DNA of 64,000 bases, taken from positions 501 through 64,500 of the IMG/VR virus record IMGVR_UViG_3300010399_000008. One strand, written 5' to 3'. The stretch comes from a virus. Lineage: Duplodnaviria; Caudoviricetes. The translations under genes were made by a program, and so were the position numbers. The notes below the pieces were generated by a model, which searched no databases, had not been told where the DNA came from, and saw only the letters and a program-made list of their open reading frames with translations. Numbering within the stretch: position 1 is the first letter of the stretch; every line of letters begins with the position of its first letter. Positions 39,519-48,165 of the stretch are shown here, one piece after another.

Positions 39519-40789
39519 GAAACTTCACAGCCAGTATTTGGAGAAACCATGAAAACATGCTGTGAGTGCAACGGGCTGGTTTGGCCGTGGCAGCAAAGTA
39601 TCGTCAGCGCATCACCTATCCATGCCAAGTGCCACCAAAAGGTGATTGACGAAGCATGCCGTGATGCAAATGTGGCCATTGCCATGCGCGGCGAGATGGA
39701 AGCATTCCAGCTTCGCACTGGCATTGAACCGAATATTCGAATACCGAAACAGCGTTGACGAGTGTTTTATGAATTTCATGGCAGGATCAGCCACGGTGAT
39801 AAAGGCAAAATGCCCAAAGTGTGACGAGGAGTATTTTGGCGGCAATCGTTCTGGCTTGTGTCCGGCCTGCCTGATGAAGCAATTGAAAGAGCAGCAAGAC
39901 GAAATCACTGCTCTGCTTCACGCTTTGTACAGTAAGGCAGTCGATCAGGAGGACAAGAGTCAATGGACCAGGCTGGTGCAACTCCTGAACGAGCGCGGGA
40001 TACCAGTCTGAGGAAACGGTACGACATGGAATTTAGACTGCAACAACTGTTCAAGATCCTGCTTGGGGCGACAGCCATCATAAATTCAGTGATGGCGATC
40101 GGTACATCGGTGGAGTTTGCTGTCGTCGTCCTTAGAGGATCTGACTTGGTAACAAAGACGGCCGCTCGGGCGACGATGGATCATTACGTCATGTGGTCAG
40201 TGCTTGGAGTTGTGTTATTCCAGTCTCTGTACGGGAAACGATGAAAATCATCGATAGCAGAATGACGAGCGAAAAATCACCTAACAACTTCGCGAATGTG
40301 GAGGAGTGTTTATGACCATGTACAGCCCGGACCATCCGATCTATACCGGTCGCCCGCACAATTACGAGACCGTCAAGTTGGTTGAAAGGATTCGGCAGGA
40401 ACTCGCTCGTCCCGCTCTGCCGTTTAGCCTGCCGATCTTGTATCCGATTGACGCTGGACTGATGGATTTACTTCCGGTGCCGCAGGAGGAGACGACTGAT
40501 GTGGGACTATGACCCGTGGGAACCGATTGATAAGCCACCATCCAACTTTGATCGTAATTACGCAATCTTTGCAATCTCGTGGTTCATTGGGACCACAGTA
40601 TTTGGTGGAGTTTTGTTTGTGTTGACGACGTTCGAAGAGATCATTCACGACGCCATGAGGCAGCTCGGTTGGTGAATCACAGTTGGGCGGCATCTCTGCA
40701 GGTGAGATTATGGAATTAATAATAATGGGATTTCTGGCCATCGCATTCATCGGTGGGTTTTTCGTCGGCCATTGGTATGGACGCTCCTG

Positions 40790-41350
40790 ATGCTCGCCTT
40801 TGAACAACTTGAGTCCAGATGCCTCACCGCAGTCGCTGAGTTCCGTCTGAACGTCCTCGACGACGTGGACACACCGAACTCGTTCTGGTTGGAGATTGTC
40901 GCGGAAGACGTGCGTGACGAACCGCTAGGAATCTACGGCGCGTCGCTGGACATCATTTGGGATCCGAAGGTATTTGCGCTGGCTGAACCGTTTTCCGTCC
41001 ATTCGTTCGTCACGGCTAAGTTCCCTGGCTGGCTTGGAGAATTCCATCCTGAGCTTGGCTGGATCAACGCTCTAACTGGAATCGCTGGTTTCGGAGCTGG
41101 CCAGCCGATTGGACAGTATGGACCAGAGCGGTTTGCAGTGCTTCACATGGCGGTGATTGGCTCGGGTGAGACGGAGATTGAACTGCGTCCTGGAATGTAC
41201 GGGATGGGGTTCATGCCACCCATCTGGACGACGTTGGACGATTTCTCTTTTGACAAACAGACGATCCAGGTAGAGCATCGGGAGTACGGACCTGGGTTCG
41301 TGGGACCGCTGCCAGCAGATGTGTACTTCGCGGAGTATGGACATGGCTAA
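40790..41350 (+). CDS. Protein with planctomycete extracellular N-terminal motif and cohesin-like domain
   Basis: MLAFEQLESRCLTA matches L..E.LE.R.LL; F.LE...EDVR.EP.GI.GA.LD..WDP cohesin-like; ends DVYFA. Confidence 0.6.
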   Translation: MLAFEQLESRCLTAVAEFRLNVLDDVDTPNSFWLEIVAEDVRDEPLGIYGASLDIIWDPKVFALAEPFSVHSFVTAKFPGWLGEFHPELGWINALTGIAGFGAGQPIGQYGPERFAVLHMAVIGSGETEIELRPGMYGMGFMPPIWTTLDDFSFDKQTIQVEHREYGPGFVGPLPADVYFAEYGHG

Positions 41351-41531
41351 ATTGTCACCGAACAAGTTCCGCTGCGACAACTGCGGTGGCATCTTCGATA
41401 AGGGCGACGAGGAAGAAGCCTTGGCTGAGATGAAAGGCAACTTCGGAGATTTGCCAGCAGACGAACGCGCCGTCATTTGCGACGACTGTTACGAGAAGTT
41501 CATGAAGTGGATGTCAGTTCAGAGAAACTGA
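41343..41531 (+). CDS. Small Zn-finger-like protein
   Basis: CDNC...ICDDC. Confidence 0.6.
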   Translation: MAKLSPNKFRCDNCGGIFDKGDEEEALAEMKGNFGDLPADERAVICDDCYEKFMKWMSVQRN

Positions 41532-41821
41532 AGGAAGTTACTCAACAGGGAAGTCATGGAACCAAACACCCGCAAGGTGAAGCGTGTCCGTCGTGCCGAG
41601 GTAATAACCGTCACGATACCCATCGTGCTGCAGATCGACGTGACACGCGAAGACGGCAAGATGCTGGTCGGCGTATCGGGTGGTCCGTTCCCGATCCAGG
41701 TCAGTGACCCAGTGGACCCGGATTCGAGCGATCCAAGGAGGGTGTGAATAAAAGGCTATGCACGATTCGTTTTACCAGTACACTGTGCGAACCAATGTGG
41801 CGAAAGCCATGTCGGTAGTTC

Positions 41822-41881
41822 GAGGGCCGAAGGCTAACGGTTATCTTGCTAAGAACCTCCGTTTGCCACTCACTTGCCCTC
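41822..41881 (+). ncRNA. Minimal Y RNA (Ro-binding stem only)
   Basis: 5' GAGGGCCGAAG ... CACTTGCCCTC 3' with the bulged-C Ro helix; GGC-AACGG/CCGTT-GCC stem; GGTTATC motif. Confidence 0.8.
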
Positions 41882-41886
41882 AATTT

Positions 41887-41983
41887 GCGGATGACGCCTA
41901 GATGGTTAGGCACCGAATGCCGCACTTGCTCAGTTTGAGCCGATGGTTATTCGTTATCGCTGGTTCGATTCCAGTCATCCGCT
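41887..41983 (+). ncRNA. tRNA-ended, circularly permuted Y RNA
   Basis: Acceptor GCGGATG/CATCCGC plus T73, D arm, T arm GCTGG-TTCGATT-CCAGT; anticodon arm replaced by CACTTGCTCA-GTT-TGAGCCGA. Confidence 0.75.
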
Positions 41984-41985
41984 CT

Positions 41986-42115
41986 GCGGGCCGAAGCGAA
42001 TTGGGTTATCACTCTTGAAAAGTGGGAGTCTGGGTTCGAATCCCAGCGCCGGGCGAAAGCCGGGTGTGGTGTAACGGTAGCATCCTAAAACATCCAGTTC
42101 CAAACACTTGCCCGC
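41986..42115 (+). ncRNA. yrlA: YrlA-type Y RNA (tRNA mimic)
   Basis: GCGGGCCGAAG...CACTTGCCCGC Ro stem; T arm CTGGG-TTCGAAT-CCCAG, GAAA-capped acceptor stem, then D arm (T-acceptor-D order). Confidence 0.88.
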
Positions 42116-42134
42116 AATTTACTAACCGGAGGCC

Positions 42135-43766
42135 ATGATGTCCTACGCAACGCACGTCACGAAGCGAATCACTCCGCAGTCGCAACAGATTCCAGGGACG
42201 GGGACGGCGCAGGTTAAAAACTCCGCTGGCGGATTTGCCTGGAAGGTTGATTGCTGGACTCGTCTCGACCGGTTTTTGGTTCTCGGTTCGGAAAAAGGTT
42301 CGTACTACGCAACCGAGAAGGCAATGACCATCGAGAACGCCGATTGCATATTGGAGTGTGCGAAGCAAGACGCCGGTCGTGCGATTCGACGCATCGCAGA
42401 AATCAGCAACCAAGGACGTGCTCCGAAGAACGATCCCGCTATCTTTGCGCTTGCACTCATCGCTGGCGAAAAGGGCACTGCTGGCAAGATGGCTCTTGAT
42501 GCCATCCCGCAAGTCTGCCGCATCGGAACGCATTTGTTCCAGTTTGTTGAGACGCTGAACGGCCGTCGCGGTTGGGGTCGTTCTGTCCGTGACGGCATCG
42601 CCAACTGGTACACCAGCAAGTCGCCTGACGCGCTGTCTCGTCAAGTCACGAAGTACCAACAGCGGAACAACTGGTCACATCGGGACGTCCTGCGTAAGTG
42701 TCACGCGAAGTCGGACACGCTCAATCCAATCTTCAAGTACGCCGCGCAGAGAGAGAAGTTCCTTGCTGAGAACATGGCCACGCTCGAAGGTCTGCCTCTG
42801 CTCATGGCAGTGGAGAATGCCAAACATGCGACTCTGGACAGTGAAATTGTCAGGTTGATTCAAGAGCACGACTTGCCGCGAGAGTGCATCCCGACGCAAT
42901 TCCTTAATTCTGTTGCCGTGTGGGAAGCTCTGCTTCAGGAGATGCCGCCGACGGCGATGATTCGCAACCTCGGCAAGATGTCGTCTATTGGTCTGCTAAC
43001 GCCGATGTCGAAGGCGGCATCGCATGTTCGCGAACGACTGAACGATGTCGGTCGACTCCGAAAGGCTCGCGTTCATCCGGTGTCGATTCTGCTTGCGCTA
43101 TCCACGTACAAGCAGGGACGCGGTGACAAGGGTTCTCTGACGTGGACTCCAGTGTCGCAGATTATCGATGCACTGGACGAGGCGTTCTATTCGGCGTTCA
43201 AAGCTGTCGAGCCAACGAACAAGAGACACCTGCTTGCGCTCGACGTCTCGGGTTCGATGGGTGGCTCGGTTATCGCTGGCACTAGCATCAGTTGCCGAGA
43301 GGCATCGGCTGCAATGGCGATGGTGATGATTCATACGGAACCGAACTATCACTGCGTCGGATTCTCGGAAGGTGGGCGCCGAACGATGCACAGCGGTTAC
43401 GGCGTGGACCTGAAAGAACTCTCGCTATCCAAGCGGATGCGACTCGATGGCGCTGTGGCCGCAATCAGTAACATCCCGTTCGGCGGCACTGACTGTGCAC
43501 TGCCGATGGTTTACGCCAAGGAGCGGAAGTTGCCGGTCGATGTGTTCGTTGTTTACACGGACAGCGAAACGTGGGCTGGCAATATCCACCCGTCACAGGC
43601 CCTCGTTGAGTATCGCAACGCGATTGGTATCGGTGCCAAGCTGATTGTCGTTGGCATGGTGAGCAATGGATTTAACATAGCCGATCCGAACGACGCTGGG
43701 ATGATGGACGTTACCGGATTTGACACCACAGTCCCGCAGATCATGGCGGAGTTCGTCGGGTGGTAA
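42135..43766 (+). CDS. rsr: Ro60/Rsr TROVE-domain RNA-binding protein
   Basis: NSAGGF, RL.RFL.LGSE.GSYY, GRAPK.DPAIFALA, R.GTHLF.F, RGWGR, KYQQR..WSHRD.LR, MIDAS DVSGSM, GGTDC.LPM, YTDSETW; GGAGG SD. Confidence 0.96.
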   Translation: MMSYATHVTKRITPQSQQIPGTGTAQVKNSAGGFAWKVDCWTRLDRFLVLGSEKGSYYATEKAMTIENADCILECAKQDAGRAIRRIAEISNQGRAPKNDPAIFALALIAGEKGTAGKMALDAIPQVCRIGTHLFQFVETLNGRRGWGRSVRDGIANWYTSKSPDALSRQVTKYQQRNNWSHRDVLRKCHAKSDTLNPIFKYAAQREKFLAENMATLEGLPLLMAVENAKHATLDSEIVRLIQEHDLPRECIPTQFLNSVAVWEALLQEMPPTAMIRNLGKMSSIGLLTPMSKAASHVRERLNDVGRLRKARVHPVSILLALSTYKQGRGDKGSLTWTPVSQIIDALDEAFYSAFKAVEPTNKRHLLALDVSGSMGGSVIAGTSISCREASAAMAMVMIHTEPNYHCVGFSEGGRRTMHSGYGVDLKELSLSKRMRLDGAVAAISNIPFGGTDCALPMVYAKERKLPVDVFVVYTDSETWAGNIHPSQALVEYRNAIGIGAKLIVVGMVSNGFNIADPNDAGMMDVTGFDTTVPQIMAEFVGW

Positions 43767-43904
43767 TCACCGGAACTAGCTTGACCCGCCAGCCATAAAG
43801 GCGGATATTGCACACACAAGGTGGCAACTGCTACCCAAACAGGCGCGGTAATAGCCGGCCGATTCCCATTCACGGGACTCGCGCCGGTTTTTTCGTGGAC
43901 TGAC

Positions 43905-44129
43905 ATGATGTCACAGAGTAGGGGCCAACCCAGGAAGTTGTTTCTACCAGCCGATAAGCCGGTGGAAGTCCCAAGCATGCGTCCCTGTCCGTTGTGTCAC
44001 GTTGAGAGGATGTCTACGACTGGTCAGAGGTATCACAAGAAGTGTGAAAAGGTTCTGGAACACCAGAACGTGGCGCATGTGTTTGAGTCGGTCGTTCATG
44101 GGTTCGGAGTCCTTTCCGGGAGAACATGA
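43905..44129 (+). CDS. Small Zn-binding-like protein
   Basis: CPLC...H..C. Confidence 0.4.
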   Translation: MMSQSRGQPRKLFLPADKPVEVPSMRPCPLCHVERMSTTGQRYHKKCEKVLEHQNVAHVFESVVHGFGVLSGRT

Positions 44130-44130
44130 A

Positions 44131-44385
44131 ATGCAACGAATCACCCTTTGCCTTTTGCTCTTGTGCGGGAGTGCCAGTGCTCAGCAATACGTCATCGTGC
44201 AGCAACCCGCCGTTGTGGCGCAACCGGTTGTCGTAGCACCTCTGGTTGTTCAGCCGGCACAGGTTGTTTGGGTGCCGCGGTACTTTCCGCTGAACCGGTT
44301 GCTATTCGGCTGTTATCGACCCGTGATCGTCCCTCAGCAGCCGATCATCATTCAGCCGATGCCTGCGAACGGCGGTGGCAAGTGA
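44131..44385 (+). CDS. Small exported Pro/Val/Gln-rich protein
   Basis: Signal peptide MQRITLCLLLLCGSASA. Confidence 0.6.
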   Translation: MQRITLCLLLLCGSASAQQYVIVQQPAVVAQPVVVAPLVVQPAQVVWVPRYFPLNRLLFGCYRPVIVPQQPIIIQPMPANGGGK

Positions 44386-45104
44386 TGAAACTAGCGTTGG
44401 CGTTCCTGTTGGTGTGCGGGGTTGCTCACGGGCAGACGACTGATCCCGCATGGGCTTCCTATCGGGTTCGCGTGAGCAATGGGGCTGGTTCCTCAGTTGG
44501 CATCACGCCGAACATCGCCGTAACCAATACTCACGTAGTCGGCAACTCGGCAACAGCGAAACTAATTCACCAGCCAACGAAACGGGAATGGTCTGGGCAG
44601 GTTGTGGCTCGCGACCCGTCGGCAGATGTGGCACTAATCTATGTCGCGAGTGGTGATCTGGATTGGGTATATCTCGGTTCCGACCCACAACCAAACCAAT
44701 CTTGCCATCTGTACGGGTACGGCGGGGACGGAATTCTAAAACGCGGCGATGGTCATTACACGCGTATCGTTGGCACGCGGAGGCCTGGTGGTCAGGTGCC
44801 ATCGTGGGGCGCACGCGTCGAGTCTGTGTCTGGCGATAGTGGCAGCGGGATCTTCGACGATGCTGGCCGCCTCTGTTCAATCAACTGGAGCGGCAATGAC
44901 CGTGATGAAAGCGGCTCGATTCCGGTGACTTACGTGGTCCAGTTATTTGAGCGAATGAACCAACAACCGAGTCAGCCACCAGCTCATGTCAGCAATGGCG
45001 GTCGGGTGGCACGAAAGCAGCCGGTGGCTTTACAACTCAAGCCGTTGGCGGAAGTGTTTGACCCCGACAAATTCCTGGAACATCTCGCGAAGGCGTGGAA
45101 ATGA
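44385..45104 (+). CDS. Exported trypsin-like serine protease
   Basis: Signal peptide; TNTHVV (His), ADVAL (Asp), GDSGSG (Ser). Confidence 0.88.
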   Translation: MKLALAFLLVCGVAHGQTTDPAWASYRVRVSNGAGSSVGITPNIAVTNTHVVGNSATAKLIHQPTKREWSGQVVARDPSADVALIYVASGDLDWVYLGSDPQPNQSCHLYGYGGDGILKRGDGHYTRIVGTRRPGGQVPSWGARVESVSGDSGSGIFDDAGRLCSINWSGNDRDESGSIPVTYVVQLFERMNQQPSQPPAHVSNGGRVARKQPVALQLKPLAEVFDPDKFLEHLAKAWK

Positions 45105-46144
45105 ATCTCTGCGTGGCGGTATTACTGGTCGGGCAGTTAATGGCTCCTGAAAAGGAAGCTGCATGCCGGTCGTACATACCGCGAGTGACAGACGTCTCGG
45201 TGCTCAATGAGAAGCTCGCGCAGGCGTTGCTCTACACATCCGAGGAATTGCCGCCGCTTATGCAGCATCAGCCGATCCGCGGAGGCAGGGGAACGCAGTA
45301 CACGACGTGGATGTCGGTATTTAATGACATTGGTCCGCCACCGTTGCCATCCAACATGAACCGCGAATTCCCGTGGGCAGTGGATGTGCCAGCCGGGACG
45401 CAGGACTGTCCGAAGCACTTGCTCTACCACTTCGCTGGATTGTGGCTTCCAGGTCAAAGCAACGGTAATCCGTGGCCGGTAGTGGCATGGAGAGGGCGGC
45501 TGCGAGAGAAGTCCACATCGGTGAATATGCCGCTCCCAACAAAAGGATATCGCTGGCGATACCCGGTGGAGGCAATCAGCTTCGAGAACTTGATGAAGCA
45601 GTTTAGCGACGGCCGATGGGCAACCTACGAACTGCGGTTGCGGCTGTACGAAAAAGACGGGCAGTCCTTCGAACGGTATTGTCCCGATATTCAGTGGCCG
45701 GCATTCGCATCGGTGTCAACGAAGACACTCCGAGATACCAGGCACCGCCGAGAGCACGCTTTCGAGTCGACAGCCACCGAACACGTCTTGCCGCGAGTCA
45801 CTGGCGCATGTGACACGCTACTCGCTGCCAAGTTCATCCCAGTGCTCGATGGAACGCAATACATCACGCCAACCGCACTGGATGACGACAACTACGTCCC
45901 GCGCAATTACAAGGCGTACTTCATCAAGGATTGCATGGACTGCCACCGCGACACGTTGCGTTCCGCGTCAGCTTTCGAGGACCGCGATTGGTACGACTTC
46001 GGGGTTGGCGACCACTTCAACAGAAAATTCCGCCCGGTCAATGAGCGAGGCGAATTGATCCCAGAATTGGAAGCCGCTGGCCTTGTCGCGTGGTACGACC
46101 CAGCGAAACATACTCCAGAAATTTACGGCGAAATAGAACCTTAG
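45101..46144 (+). CDS. Exported protein with a CxxCH heme-binding motif
   Basis: Hydrophobic N-terminus; CMDCH near the C-terminus. Confidence 0.6.
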   Translation: MNLCVAVLLVGQLMAPEKEAACRSYIPRVTDVSVLNEKLAQALLYTSEELPPLMQHQPIRGGRGTQYTTWMSVFNDIGPPPLPSNMNREFPWAVDVPAGTQDCPKHLLYHFAGLWLPGQSNGNPWPVVAWRGRLREKSTSVNMPLPTKGYRWRYPVEAISFENLMKQFSDGRWATYELRLRLYEKDGQSFERYCPDIQWPAFASVSTKTLRDTRHRREHAFESTATEHVLPRVTGACDTLLAAKFIPVLDGTQYITPTALDDDNYVPRNYKAYFIKDCMDCHRDTLRSASAFEDRDWYDFGVGDHFNRKFRPVNERGELIPELEAAGLVAWYDPAKHTPEIYGEIEP

Positions 46145-46154
46145 GAGAATCCCA

Positions 46155-47078
46155 ATGAGGCCAGGAAAAATTATTGCGATTCTTGTATCGCTCTTGTGCT
46201 CGGCTGCAAACGCTCAGAACCTTGTGCCCATTGAACCGGCACGGACGCAGCGATCAACAGAGTCATTCTGGACATCAACCTACGAGCCAGGAACCACCCA
46301 ATACGATCAGGACATGCTTGCTCATGGTTGGAATCCAAGGGTGCATCCTCAGACAGGAGAGACCTACTGGAGCAACATGAACTCCGACGGCATTGTCACT
46401 GTCCAACCGCGAGAGGCGAGTCGTCAGAGCCCAGAGCAATTGAAGTCGGCAGGGTTTACCCAGCGACAGAATGCAGACGGATCTACGGTGTGGGTTCGTC
46501 CGGTGTGCGACTCGACGCAATCTGGTTCGATTCAAACCCAAAAGCCGGATTCGTGACCAAACACTCCACCTCGCCAGTTGGCGGGTAACGGCGGATGGAG
46601 CGCTCCGCCACGTAAGCCAATTCAAGCACCGCCAGTCCAACCACAACCAACTCAACCACCGGCGAAACCAACTGAGATCGATTACGAGAAGTTAGCGGTA
46701 CTGATTATCGAGAAGATGGCGGCTGACGGAAGATTCAAGGGACAAGACGGGAAGAACGGAACCGATGGCACGAACGGAACCAATGGAAAGGATGGACAGA
46801 ACGGCAAAGACGGGGTTGTTGATTACGACAAAGTACGCGACGAAGTAATCGCAAAGATGCCAGCGTTCTCGGTCCAGTTCGTCGACAACGCGGGCAAGGT
46901 CGTCGAGGAAGTGCCGTTTGTCTATGACCCAGCCAGAAACGTAATGGTCATGAAATTCAACCCATTAACCGTCGAGACCTACGACGCCGCCGGCAAATAC
47001 CTTGGAACAGACACATTTCCGATTCCTTGGGGGATCAAGTTAAAGCCGCTGGTGATTACAAAATTGAAGGGTGCATAG
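46155..47078 (+). pseudogene. Exported Pro-rich/collagen-like protein interrupted by one in-frame TGA (46554-46556)
   Basis: ORFs 46155-46556 and 46578-47078 share a frame with no other stop between them; signal peptide, Pro-rich linker, (GXY)8 repeat. Confidence 0.5.
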
Positions 47079-47079
47079 C

Positions 47080-47454
47080 ATGCCGACGGACAACGACGGC
47101 ATGGCCGAAGTTCCAGTAGAAGTGCCGTCGGGTGATGGCACAGCAGAAGTTCCGAAACCAGGAGAAGAAGAAATGGCCACAGTAGCAGGCGCAGTCGATG
47201 CAACCATCGACAAAGTTTTAGACCAAGCGTACACCCGAGCGCATGAAGATTGGCTCAACACGCGGCAATTGGCTGCATCCGGTGATCGCGACCTCGCGGA
47301 AGTAAACCGCTGGTCGATGCAGGCGGCGGCGACGAACCAATTGTTCCTGGCTGGGGGCATTTTGGCGCAGCGTTCGGCTCAGGCGCAACCTCAACAACTT
47401 CCCGGCCCTGGCGGGACTGGCGTCCCGGCCGGATTCAAATTAGTGCCAGTCTAA
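47080..47454 (+). CDS. Hypothetical protein
   Basis: Ala/Gln-rich; alternative start at 47173. Confidence 0.5.
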   Translation: MPTDNDGMAEVPVEVPSGDGTAEVPKPGEEEMATVAGAVDATIDKVLDQAYTRAHEDWLNTRQLAASGDRDLAEVNRWSMQAAATNQLFLAGGILAQRSAQAQPQQLPGPGGTGVPAGFKLVPV

Positions 47455-47657
47455 TGGGCAGCGGTGACGTTTTAGTCAGAGGATCGGAATACGTAGCCCG
47501 TGCCAATCGGCTTCGCAGGCTGATGGTCGGGCTTCCCGATCCGTCCGTTGTGATGGCTGGAATCAAGGAGATCGTCGATGAGCGTATCGCTGAACTCAAC
47601 AAACGATTCGACGACCGCAGAAGCGACGGAGGAAGTAGCGGACCTAAACCAGAATAA
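47454..47657 (+). CDS. Hypothetical protein
   Basis: 67 aa, TAATG coupled. Confidence 0.5.
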   Translation: MGSGDVLVRGSEYVARANRLRRLMVGLPDPSVVMAGIKEIVDERIAELNKRFDDRRSDGGSSGPKPE

Positions 47658-48165
47658 TGACGAAGTTTTGGACCTGGAGTTAGGCTTGGCGGCTCTTGGT
47701 GGACTGAGGCATTCTGCGGCATGTAGTGCGTCGGAACGAAGCACTAGGAGATATGAAGAACGAAACCATCGGTTTCACGAATCGAGAATGAAAAAGTTGG
47801 GGATGGAAGGCGAGGAGAAAGAACCAGAGGCGGAAGATATGAGCCAACAAGTGTTAATCCGCTCGCCAGTCATCCACAACCATTACTCGGACAAACCAAA
47901 CGGTCAGCCAGTTGCAACGGCTCCAGTCGCACCGACACGCGCCGAACCTACAGCGACCGCACCAGCGACTCCAGGTCTTAGCAATCTAGCCAAGGGCGCA
48001 ATTGCCGCTGGCATCCTCGCATCTGGTCTTGGTCTTGGAGGCGGTGCCACGTATCTGTGGAACCGACCCAGCACAACAACCGTCGTGAATCCGATTGAGC
48101 ATGGTCCAGCGTTCGGGATTTCCACAATGCCTCCTGGTCCGCCAGTGAAAACAGCCACCAAATGA
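47578..48165 (+). CDS. Membrane-anchored protein (start uncertain)
   Basis: Pro/Thr linker and Gly-rich TM segment. Confidence 0.5.
   Translation: MSVSLNSTNDSTTAEATEEVADLNQNNDEVLDLELGLAALGGLRHSAACSASERSTRRYEERNHRFHESRMKKLGMEGEEKEPEAEDMSQQVLIRSPVIHNHYSDKPNGQPVATAPVAPTRAEPTATAPATPGLSNLAKGAIAAGILASGLGLGGGATYLWNRPSTTTVVNPIEHGPAFGISTMPPGPPVKTATK

Larger units (their letters stand above)
28496..41747 (+). other. Array of about 45 short, tightly coupled accessory ORFs
   Basis: Continuous + strand ORFs of roughly 55-190 aa with SDs and ATGA/GTGA overlaps; many carry CxxC pairs. Confidence 0.75.

Noticed and set aside
41887-41983. Ordinary tRNA-Gly gene or intron-containing tRNA
   Set aside because: No 7-nt anticodon loop and an atypical A8-C9; the insert is exactly the Ro-binding strand pair shared with the neighbouring RNAs
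42009-42085. Functional tRNA-Ser(UGA) or tRNA-Phe(GAA)
   Set aside because: Arms are in permuted order and the acceptor stem is closed by a GAAA loop; the Phe register does not pair
42009-42659. Long antisense and alternate-frame ORFs (here and e.g. 111-458, 1051-1653, 11500-12240, 36765-37241)
   Set aside because: Shadows of well-supported genes or RNAs, without SDs or motifs
46740-46815. Collagen-type tail fibre
   Set aside because: Only about 8 GXY triplets, in an exported-protein cluster outside the tail modules
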